DNA from: Planctomycetota bacterium
GTDB taxonomy: Bacteria > Planctomycetota > JAJSAM01 > JAJVHW01
Direction: 5' to 3'
Assembly: GCA_965248445.1 (NCBI GenBank)
Contig: CBDFJG010000002.1
Coordinates: forward strand, 800,001 to 864,000
DNA: 64,000 nt
The notes below the pieces were generated by a model. The model saw only the letters and a list, made by a program, of their open reading frames with translations. It was not told where the DNA came from and did not search any database. Both the position numbers and the translations under genes were made by a program. Positions 55,674-64,000 of the stretch are shown piece after piece. Each line of letters opens with the position of its first letter. Positions within the stretch are counted from its first letter, which is position 1.

Positions 55674-56327
55674 GTAACCGTTCACCCCTTCGTCGCGAGC
55701 CAGTATCCAGATCGTTCGGCCACCGGTCGATCAAGATGTTGTGGGCGAGCGGCAGGACGAGGATCTGCGGGCGATGGTCGAGGACCTTCTGGCCTGGATC
55801 GAGGAGCTGGAGCGTCGCGAAGCGAAGCATCTGCGCCGCATCGACGAGCTCGAGTCGCGTCTGAAGCGTGACTCCCGCAACAGCTCGAGGCCTCCGTCGT
55901 CGGACCCGGCGTGGTCCAAGCGCCGTCGCGGCCGAAGGCCGCGTAGCGGTCGCAAGCAGGGCGGACAGCCGGGCCATGAGGGCACGGCGCGCGAGCTGGT
56001 GGATCCGTCCAACGTCGATGAGACCAAGGACCACCGTCCCGACCGCTGCGACGCGTGCGGACACGACGATCTCGAGCAGGGGGCGAGCGGAGCGAGCCCT
56101 CACGAGGCGCAGGGGGCTCCCCCGGCAATTTGGTCTCCTTCTTCGTCATCGCTGATTCCTCCACCGCCCTGCACAGTAATCATCCGGGGGGTCGGTGTCT
56201 CAGCGATGTTGGCACAGAGGGCAGGCGCTCGACCAGATCACGCGGCTCATCGGTGCCCACATCCGATGCATCGACCGAACGGGAAGCGATCTGGATCCGA
56301 GCTCAGAACCAAGGGCTGAACGGATAC
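55674..56327. mobile_element. Mosaic of three IS left ends: IS66-A 55674-56081 (+), IS3-like variant 56082-56221 (-), IS66-B variant 56222-56327 (-)
   Basis: Direct comparison with the full copies in this window. Confidence 0.85.
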
Positions 56328-56413
56328 CCTCTGAGTAGTCCGTCGGCGCGGACCCACTCCCGGGGGGGGACGCAGGACACCGCGACCGACGGGCGAAGAG
56401 GAAGAAGTCCCCG

Positions 56414-57052
56414 ATGTCGCGTCGTCACAGAAAGCGCACCGTCCGCACTCTCCGCACTGGCCGCACAGGCCGCGGATACACCCGGAAGACAGTCAGCCGA
56501 GCCAAGAAGGCCGCTGCGGGACTCGCGGTGGCCTTTGGTCTTCTGTGGATCGCCACGTCAGGGGCAACGGCCCAGGACGCACGCGTCGAGAAGGCCGTGC
56601 AGCTGGCCACGCACCAGGGCGGCTACCACGTCAAGCTGCGCGCGCTGGCTGAGCTTGCGGAGATCGACACGCGACAGTCACGCGAAGCGATGGTCGCGCT
56701 CGCCGACTCCTCTGATGAGCGCACGTCGATCGTGGCGCTCACCTCCCTCGCCCGCGCGGACTTCCCCGCAGCGCGGACCCACCTGCGCGAGGTCTTCGAG
56801 GACCGCCGCCGCAGCAAGGGCATTCGCTCGGCCGCCCTGGGCGGGCTCCTCAAGCAACTCCGCGAGAGCGGAGAGGACCACGAGACGGTGGCGGCCTATG
56901 TAGCGCTCAAGGCCGGCGACTCAGAAGCCCTCACAGGCATGGCCTCGGCCGTCAGCGCGCGGCTCTGGGAGGAGGTTGCCCAAGACCCCGAAGTAGCTGA
57001 CCCCGCCGAGCCCACGACCGACGACGCCGGCGCCGCGAAGGAAGGGGAGTAG
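56414..57052 (+). CDS. Exported HEAT-repeat protein
   Basis: Arg-rich N-region, hydrophobic stretch, ATA-QD cleavage site, HEAT-like helices. Confidence 0.75.
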   Translation: MSRRHRKRTVRTLRTGRTGRGYTRKTVSRAKKAAAGLAVAFGLLWIATSGATAQDARVEKAVQLATHQGGYHVKLRALAELAEIDTRQSREAMVALADSSDERTSIVALTSLARADFPAARTHLREVFEDRRRSKGIRSAALGGLLKQLRESGEDHETVAAYVALKAGDSEALTGMASAVSARLWEEVAQDPEVADPAEPTTDDAGAAKEGE

Positions 57053-57080
57053 CCTGACCAACGCGAGCAACACCGCCAAG

Positions 57081-60000
57081 TTGACCTCCCTGCTGGCCAC
57101 TGCGCTGCTCCTCTTCCTCGCGCCGCTGGCCATGGCGACGGACACCGACGGCGACGGTCTGTCGGACATGTTCGAGGGCATGATCGGGACGAACCCCGAC
57201 CAGGCCGACACCGACGGCGACAACCTCGACGACTACGAGGAGGTCTACGAGATCGGCACCGACCCGAACCTCACCGACTCCGACGGGGACGCGACGCAGG
57301 ACGACGCGGACAGCGAGCCGTTGCTGCTCTCGTCCGGTGACCACGACGGCGTGAGCACCGTGATGTTCAACACGCCCGACATGGGCAACAACGAAGCCCC
57401 CTCAGGCGAGAGCCCGCAAGACGGCTTCGGGGTCCTGATGCACAACGGCGAGCTGATTTTCTCGTCGGGTGCCGGCGGTGCCAAGGGCGTCGGCATGCCG
57501 TTCGGTATGTCGATGATCTACCGCTCGCAGTCCGACTACGACGGCGCGCTCGGCATGAACTGGTTCTGGATCGGCTTCCTGTCGTTCACCGACAACGGGA
57601 CCACCGGCTCGATGAACTGGATCAACGGCACGACACTCACGTTCACCGAATCAGGAGGCACCTGGACGCACGACGACGACGGCTGGCTCGGCACTCTGGA
57701 GGAGACGTCTCCGGACTCGGGCGACTTCACGTACACGCTTCCGAACGGCCTCGAGTTCCTGTTCACGATCGCCGGCAAGATCGACACGATCACCGATCGC
57801 TTCGGCAACGCCCTCGCGTTCACGCACAACGGATCGGGGCAGCTCACGTCGGCCACCGACACGCGTGGTGAGTCGCACACGATCGCCTACTACTCCACCG
57901 GCCGCATCAAGTCGATCACCTACTCGGACAAACGCAAGTGGACGTTCATCTACAACGTCAACGCACAGCTTGCCCGCATCGAGGGACCGACGACCGCGAG
58001 CTTCCCGAACGGGATCACCCAGGAGTTCCGCTACATCAACGGCTCGGCGATCTCGTCGCTCAACGATAATCTGACGGTCGCCATCGACGGCCGCGGCAAC
58101 CACTGGCTGCACAACGAGTACGACACGTCGGACCGGGTAACGAAGCAGACTACGAACGGCTTCGCGTTCGAGCTCGACTACACGAACATCGGGTCGCAGA
58201 AGACGTCCGTTACCGACCGTGCCGGCAACGACCGTGACTGGGAGTGGGATGCGAGCAAGCTCACTAGGACCAAGCTCACGCAGTTCAGCAACCGCGACGT
58301 CCGCACGGGCGACCCCACGAGCTGGATCACCGAATGGACACACGACGCTGACGGATACCTGATCGAGGTCGAACTCCCGCGCGGCAACGGCACCGAGTAC
58401 ACGCTCAACTCGGTCAAACTCCCGACGGAGATCCGCCGCAAGACCGACGTGGATGCCGCCAACCACACCTCCGACCTGGTGACGACGATCGCATACGACT
58501 CGGCGAAGTACTACGGCAAGACGTCCGTCACAGATCCGCGCGGCAACGAGACCGAGTACATCCTGAACTCAAATGGTCAGCCGACGACGATCGAATTCCC
58601 CGACTCGACCCACATCTCCCCGTCCCAGTCGATCAGCCACACCTTGACCTACAACTCGGACGGCACGCTGGCCAGCCGGACCGACGGCGAGAGCAAGAAG
58701 ACGAGCTACGTCTACTACACGAAGCCGGCCGCCAAGAAGGGCCGTGTCAACACTGTCGAGGTCGACGACGCCGTCGGGGGCCTCAATCTGGTCACGACGT
58801 ACGACTACACCGATTGGGGCGACGTCAAGGAGGTCACCGACCCCGAGGGCCACAAGACGACGTACACCGTCGAGGCCTACGGCAACGTCACCAAGATCAC
58901 CTACCCCGCGTCGCTCGGCTACATCACGGAGTTCCAGCACGACGGCAACCTCAACGTCACCAAGAAGAAGGTCAAGAACATCGACGAGACCGGGACGTGG
59001 CAGAGCACGCCGAAGTCGTGGTGGGAGACCGACAACACGTACACCGAGATGGACAAGATCTCGACGGTCAACGAGGACATCGACGCGATGAACACGCGCG
59101 AGACGGTCTTCCTCTACGACGAGAACGACAACCTCGAGAGCGTCGAGGTCGGCTCCATCATCGTGACGTCCTACTACGACGAGCGCGACCTGCTCTTCCA
59201 GCGGATCGGCAACGAGGGCACCGGCACGGCGATCAACGCGGTGCACGAGTACACCTACGACGCCAACGGCAACCTCACGGACTACGAGGACCCGCGCAGC
59301 AAGGTCACGAACCACGAGTACGACCTGTTCGACCGCCGGGAGAAGACGATCAACGCGCTCGATCACTACGTGACGACGAGCTTCGACGAGGGTGGGAACG
59401 CCGTCGAGCGCAAGTGGTACGAGGAGGCCGGCACGACGGACACGCTGATGGCGCACGAGAAGCGCACGTACGATGAGCTGAACCGCTTCTACAAGGAAGA
59501 GGCGGCGCTGATCGACACCACGACGACGTGGAAGACGCGCACGCTCGAGCTCGACAAGCGCGGGCTCGTGACGAAGCGGACCGACCGTCGGAACAACGCG
59601 ACGACGTTCCTCTACGACGGCGCCGGGCGCCGAATCAAGTCCACCGACGCCGAGGGCAATGAAGTCGAATCGGAGATTGACGACAACGGCAACGTCACAA
59701 AGATCACGGAGAAGGAGACCATCCCCGGCTCCGGCACGGAGTCGTTTGTGACGGAGTTCACCTACGACAAGGTCAACCGCCGCACGAAGCAGACGGTCAT
59801 CGACCGCAACCTCTCCACCAACAAGAAGATCACGGAGTGGAAGTGGAACAGCCGCAACGTGGTCGCCGAGACCGTCGATCCGATGACGTGGAAGACGACC
59901 TTCGTGCACGACGGCTTGGGCCGCGTGACCAAGGAGACCCGCGACATGGCGGGATCCGACGACATCGTCACGGAGTGGACGATCGACGAGAACAGCAACA

Positions 60001-62165
60001 TCACCCAGCTGAAGGACGACAATCTCAACACGACGGACTACGCCTACGACGCGCTCGGTCGCCTGACCACCAAGACGTACGACGACGCGGAGACCGCGAC
60101 GTACGCGTACGACGACACGAACAATCTGATCGACTTCACGGACCAGAACGGCACGCAGGTCGACTACGCGTACGACGATCTCAATCGTCTCACCGATCGA
60201 GATGCCACGCTCGGCACCGGTGTTGGCGGGGACGATACGGAGGACTTCGCGTACGACGCGCTGAACCGCCTCACCGAGGCGAAGGACGACGATTCGATCG
60301 TCCAGTACACGTACGACTCACTCGGTCGTGTGCTGACCGAGAAGCAGGGACCGAACCCGCTCGGAACCGCCGGGATGACGGTGACGTTCACGTACGATGA
60401 CGGAGGCAATGCGACGAAGATTGCCTACCCCTCCGGATTCGAGGCGCGGCGGACGTTCGACGAGATCGGCCGCGTCACCGCTATCGACGACAAGTCGGAT
60501 GCGGACGTTGCGGACTTCGATCTCTACGGGGCCGGTTCGCGGCGCAAGCAGGTGAGCTTTGCCAACGGGACCACGTCGACCTACACCTACGACGGGTTCC
60601 GCCGCCCGACCGACATCGCGCACGAGGACTCGGGGAGCACGGAGTTCGCCGGCTTCGAGTACGGGTGGGACAAGAACGACAACCCGACCTACGAGGAGCG
60701 CAGTCACCAGTCGGACAAGGGCGATGCCTACGACTACGACCAGGCCAACCGCCTGATCGAAGTGCTCCAGGACGCGGATGATCCGACCAACGTGACCACG
60801 TATGGCGACAAGGTCGAGTACAATCTCGACGACGTGCTGAACTTCAGCTCGGTCGTGACGACGCCGTACGGCCAGAGCGGTTCGACGGTCAACTACACGT
60901 CGAACGGGATGAACGAGTACACCGACATCGGCGGCACGACACGGACGTTCGACGACAACGGGAACCTCGCCGACGACGGGACGTACGAGTACACGTACGA
61001 CTGGCACAACCACCTGATCAAGGTGGAGGACTCGGGGACCACCGACGTGGTTGCGGAGTACGACTACGACTGCGTGGGGCGCGGCCGGCGGATCGAGAAG
61101 GTCGTCGGGTCGGACACGACGCGGTTCGTGTACGCGGACCAGCAGTGCCTCGAGGAACTCGACGGGTCGGATAACCTGTTGCGGCTGTTCGTGTTCGGTG
61201 AGGCGCTCGACGAGATCGTGATGATGGAGGCCGAGGACGTTGCGGATGTCGACAGTGACTCGAACACCACGGAGCTGAAGCGGTTCTACTACCACCAGCA
61301 GTTGATCGGGTCCGTCACGCACATCACGGATCCAGACGAGGTGGTGGTCGAAAGCTACGACTACGGGCCGTACGGGGAGTTCGTGATCTTCGACATCGGG
61401 AGCTCGGTGGTGTCCAACTCTCAGATCGGCAATCCGTTCCTGTACACGGGGCGGCGGTTGGATGAAGAGACGGGGCTCTTCTACTACCGGGCTCGGCACT
61501 ACGACGCGGGAAACGGGAGATTCCTCCAGCGGGATCCACTCGAACACGTCGATGGCCCGAACGCGCGAGCGTACGTCGCAGGACGCCCCACCGGGTCCAT
61601 CGATCCTTCCGGGCTAGAGGAAAGGGACCCAGGGGGGGCGATCGGAGAGTTGTCGGAGGAGCAGATGAACTTGGTGTTGCATGCGCTGGTTGACATCGAG
61701 TATGAAACCGCCGACCAGGGCGGGAAGGGCGATGTGACCAGGGCCTTCCCGGGCCTAAGTAAGAAGTACGGCGGATCGGCATACGGATGGCTGAAACTAG
61801 CGATCTTCGGCAACGTGATGGGCGCGATGAGCGATCGCCTCTGGGAATTGGCCAAGTTCATCGCCACCTCAGGAGCGAGTGTCTCGAGGGCAATCGCGCA
61901 TTTGCGTAAGCAGATTATGAACGAACTGAAGAACATCCTTGAGGCGAAGGAGGCCATGGACGAGGCGGACGACGACGACGACCTGACCGACGAAGAGAAG
62001 GCGGCGAAGAAGAAGAAGCAGGCGAGGTACATCGCGAAATCGATCATCCGGATCAAGACTAAGCGGCGAGAGATGGCCGAGAAGAAGGCGGCAGAGGAGA
62101 AGAAGGAGAAGGAGAAGGAGAGGAAGGAGAAGGAGAAGGAGCGAGATAAGGAGAGGCAATACTAA
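57081..62165 (+). CDS. Rhs/YD-repeat protein with signal peptide and N-terminal DxDGDG Ca-binding repeats
   Basis: Many YD..G repeats; core NPFLYTGRRLDEETGLFYYRARHYD..GRFLQRDP..PTGSIDPSGL. Confidence 0.95.
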   Translation: MTSLLATALLLFLAPLAMATDTDGDGLSDMFEGMIGTNPDQADTDGDNLDDYEEVYEIGTDPNLTDSDGDATQDDADSEPLLLSSGDHDGVSTVMFNTPDMGNNEAPSGESPQDGFGVLMHNGELIFSSGAGGAKGVGMPFGMSMIYRSQSDYDGALGMNWFWIGFLSFTDNGTTGSMNWINGTTLTFTESGGTWTHDDDGWLGTLEETSPDSGDFTYTLPNGLEFLFTIAGKIDTITDRFGNALAFTHNGSGQLTSATDTRGESHTIAYYSTGRIKSITYSDKRKWTFIYNVNAQLARIEGPTTASFPNGITQEFRYINGSAISSLNDNLTVAIDGRGNHWLHNEYDTSDRVTKQTTNGFAFELDYTNIGSQKTSVTDRAGNDRDWEWDASKLTRTKLTQFSNRDVRTGDPTSWITEWTHDADGYLIEVELPRGNGTEYTLNSVKLPTEIRRKTDVDAANHTSDLVTTIAYDSAKYYGKTSVTDPRGNETEYILNSNGQPTTIEFPDSTHISPSQSISHTLTYNSDGTLASRTDGESKKTSYVYYTKPAAKKGRVNTVEVDDAVGGLNLVTTYDYTDWGDVKEVTDPEGHKTTYTVEAYGNVTKITYPASLGYITEFQHDGNLNVTKKKVKNIDETGTWQSTPKSWWETDNTYTEMDKISTVNEDIDAMNTRETVFLYDENDNLESVEVGSIIVTSYYDERDLLFQRIGNEGTGTAINAVHEYTYDANGNLTDYEDPRSKVTNHEYDLFDRREKTINALDHYVTTSFDEGGNAVERKWYEEAGTTDTLMAHEKRTYDELNRFYKEEAALIDTTTTWKTRTLELDKRGLVTKRTDRRNNATTFLYDGAGRRIKSTDAEGNEVESEIDDNGNVTKITEKETIPGSGTESFVTEFTYDKVNRRTKQTVIDRNLSTNKKITEWKWNSRNVVAETVDPMTWKTTFVHDGLGRVTKETRDMAGSDDIVTEWTIDENSNITQLKDDNLNTTDYAYDALGRLTTKTYDDAETATYAYDDTNNLIDFTDQNGTQVDYAYDDLNRLTDRDATLGTGVGGDDTEDFAYDALNRLTEAKDDDSIVQYTYDSLGRVLTEKQGPNPLGTAGMTVTFTYDDGGNATKIAYPSGFEARRTFDEIGRVTAIDDKSDADVADFDLYGAGSRRKQVSFANGTTSTYTYDGFRRPTDIAHEDSGSTEFAGFEYGWDKNDNPTYEERSHQSDKGDAYDYDQANRLIEVLQDADDPTNVTTYGDKVEYNLDDVLNFSSVVTTPYGQSGSTVNYTSNGMNEYTDIGGTTRTFDDNGNLADDGTYEYTYDWHNHLIKVEDSGTTDVVAEYDYDCVGRGRRIEKVVGSDTTRFVYADQQCLEELDGSDNLLRLFVFGEALDEIVMMEAEDVADVDSDSNTTELKRFYYHQQLIGSVTHITDPDEVVVESYDYGPYGEFVIFDIGSSVVSNSQIGNPFLYTGRRLDEETGLFYYRARHYDAGNGRFLQRDPLEHVDGPNARAYVAGRPTGSIDPSGLEERDPGGAIGELSEEQMNLVLHALVDIEYETADQGGKGDVTRAFPGLSKKYGGSAYGWLKLAIFGNVMGAMSDRLWELAKFIATSGASVSRAIAHLRKQIMNELKNILEAKEAMDEADDDDDLTDEEKAAKKKKQARYIAKSIIRIKTKRREMAEKKAAEEKKEKEKERKEKEKERDKERQY

Positions 62166-62167
62166 AG

Positions 62168-64000
62168 GTGCGGTCCAGGACGGTTGTCGTCGTCGTCATC
62201 GCGCTAACCATCGCGCTGATCGCGGCGTGGGCGGTGGACGGCGCGCAGCCGGATCGCCCGAATCCGCCAGCAATCGGTAACGGGCGCGACTCGTCCGAGC
62301 GCGCGCCCACAACGAAAAACGAGAGGATCCATCCCAACGTTTACCCCGGCCGCCAAGCGTTAGGGGAGGATGGAGCCACTGCGCTGGTCGGCAGACTGCT
62401 GGAAGATCGCGAAGATTTCCCAGGTCCGTCGTGGGATCCAGCCTGGATTGTATTCCGGGCGATCGATGGAGAGAGAATTCTGTGGCACATTGTGCCGGCT
62501 GGTCTCGATCCCGAGAGAATTGACGTAGTGCTACCGAATGCTGGCAAGCGCGAATGGGGCGCGTTCTCAGTCATCCGGCGGAACGGTTCGTCCGAAGAGC
62601 CATCGCACTCCGATGTGGACCTGGGCGACGGGACGTTCGAGGTGGTCCTCGGTGTCCTTTGGAGCGGGCGGCTCGGGATAGAGCCGAGCCCAGGACTCGA
62701 AGCGGTCTCCGTCGACAAGTCGAACGTTCGCGGCGTCCCGCCAGGTGGACCCGTCGTCCTACCATCGTGGCTTGATGACGATCTTGACCCGCAACCCCTC
62801 GAACTCTTGCCACCGGCGGGCCCTGACGGTAGCGCGCGGTTTGATGGTCCGGTGGACCCCGACGACCGGGTCGTCTGCGTGCGAGAGGCGGGGAGCGCGT
62901 GGGTCGTGTCGCCGGTTGCGTCGCGCGAGATCGTTACGCCTCCGGTTGCCGGTCGCCTCAACCTGCGTGTCAGTCGCTGGAGTGAACTGCAGCGCCCGGA
63001 CCTCGTCCTGCGGTCGTCCCGCTACGGCGTCGCCCAAGTGATCAGTCCTTGGGAGGGCGGGGATTTCGAGCTGAACGGCTTGGCTGTCGGGACTTGGGAT
63101 GTGCTGGTGCGAGAGAATTTCATTCGTGATGGGAGGTTGGAACAGCCGACCTGGGCCGAGGCGCGCGTCGTCGTTGACGACACGGAGGCGACTGAGTGCG
63201 TCATCGACGGCCCACCACGTTCGGATGAGGACGATCGTGGCTACTTGTGCGAGGGCTTGATCCGTGTGGACTCAAGGTGGGGTGAGGTGAAGAAGCCGCG
63301 TTTGAATCTGTTCTACGACGACCCGGGTTCGCGCGCCTACGGCAGTCCGTCATCCAGCTCCCTCGCGCTCAAGCCTGACATCACTGGCACCGGATTGGTC
63401 GCTGAGTTCTCGATCCGGGGTCTCCGTGCCGGTCGGTACTTTGCACGAGTTCAACCTTACGGATGGTCTGGGATACTGCATGCGCCAAGTCGAGACCTGG
63501 TGATCGTGCTCGGCCCGCCGCGAACTGTCGAGATCGTGCTTCGGTGGCCAAACGCAAGCGATCAGAAGGAGTTCCGAGGGTTCGTCACGGCCTACGCGCT
63601 GCGAGCGAGCAAAGCCGACGACGGACTCCCAGTGCATTCGACGCAGAGGGAATTAGAGGCGATAGAGGCCGGGAAGCGGTATTCGATCCGAACCTGCGCG
63701 GACCGACTTCACGTGGATGTGGACGATCTAAGTGAGAAGAGCGAGTTGGTGAAGGCCAGCGTGGACGTTGACCTCCCGCCTGGAGGCGATCCGTTGGTCG
63801 TTGAGATCCCCATGACGCGCGGAGGTACGGTAACGGCGCAGGCGCGACTGGACGGGACCCCGCTCGACAGCGGATGGTCGGCTCCATTCCGCTTCAGATT
63901 CACGTCTGGTGATCACCCCGATAGTAGCTACGAGATCGCTCCGGGGGTTGCGTGGGTGCTTCCGGAGGGCGCGTGGAAATTGGAGTTTGTCGGCGAGCTT
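62168..64000 (+). CDS. Membrane-anchored beta-rich protein (3' partial, at least 611 aa), candidate Rhs immunity/partner
   Basis: GTG at 62168, 2 nt after the Rhs stop; I translated it stop-free to the window end: MRSRTVVVVVIALTIALIAAWAV.., with GL..G.[WY].V motifs. Confidence 0.8.
   Translation, partial: MRSRTVVVVVIALTIALIAAWAVDGAQPDRPNPPAIGNGRDSSERAPTTKNERIHPNVYPGRQALGEDGATALVGRLLEDREDFPGPSWDPAWIVFRAIDGERILWHIVPAGLDPERIDVVLPNAGKREWGAFSVIRRNGSSEEPSHSDVDLGDGTFEVVLGVLWSGRLGIEPSPGLEAVSVDKSNVRGVPPGGPVVLPSWLDDDLDPQPLELLPPAGPDGSARFDGPVDPDDRVVCVREAGSAWVVSPVASREIVTPPVAGRLNLRVSRWSELQRPDLVLRSSRYGVAQVISPWEGGDFELNGLAVGTWDVLVRENFIRDGRLEQPTWAEARVVVDDTEATECVIDGPPRSDEDDRGYLCEGLIRVDSRWGEVKKPRLNLFYDDPGSRAYGSPSSSSLALKPDITGTGLVAEFSIRGLRAGRYFARVQPYGWSGILHAPSRDLVIVLGPPRTVEIVLRWPNASDQKEFRGFVTAYALRASKADDGLPVHSTQRELEAIEAGKRYSIRTCADRLHVDVDDLSEKSELVKASVDVDLPPGGDPLVVEIPMTRGGTVTAQARLDGTPLDSGWSAPFRFRFTSGDHPDSSYEIAPGVAWVLPEGAWKLEFVGEL

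Overview
High-GC bacterial chromosome segment. The HEAT/VWA and carboxypeptidase-regulatory-domain proteins suggest Planctomycetota, but this is inference only. 1-9.6 kb: right end of a prophage (tail tube, frameshifted tail chaperone, tape measure, apparent internal deletion, xis, tyrosine integrase) that seems to have integrated inside a host gene. 9.8-16.7 kb: host genes (TetR, ECF sigma, ftsH, thioesterase, TPR protein, cyclophilin). 16.7-56.3 kb: IS-riddled region with about 15 kb of IS3, IS3-like, IS66, IS1380 and IS1595 DNA, mostly lacking target-site duplications, plus tRNA-Lys, glyA and many secreted or membrane proteins. Near 55.2 kb: attP-like site (3' half of tRNA-Pro with repeat arms on both sides). 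56.4-64 kb: HEAT protein, a signal-peptide Rhs protein with an unrecognised C-terminal cargo, and a large membrane-anchored ORF missing from the ORF track. Product calls come from motif recognition; no database searches were run.
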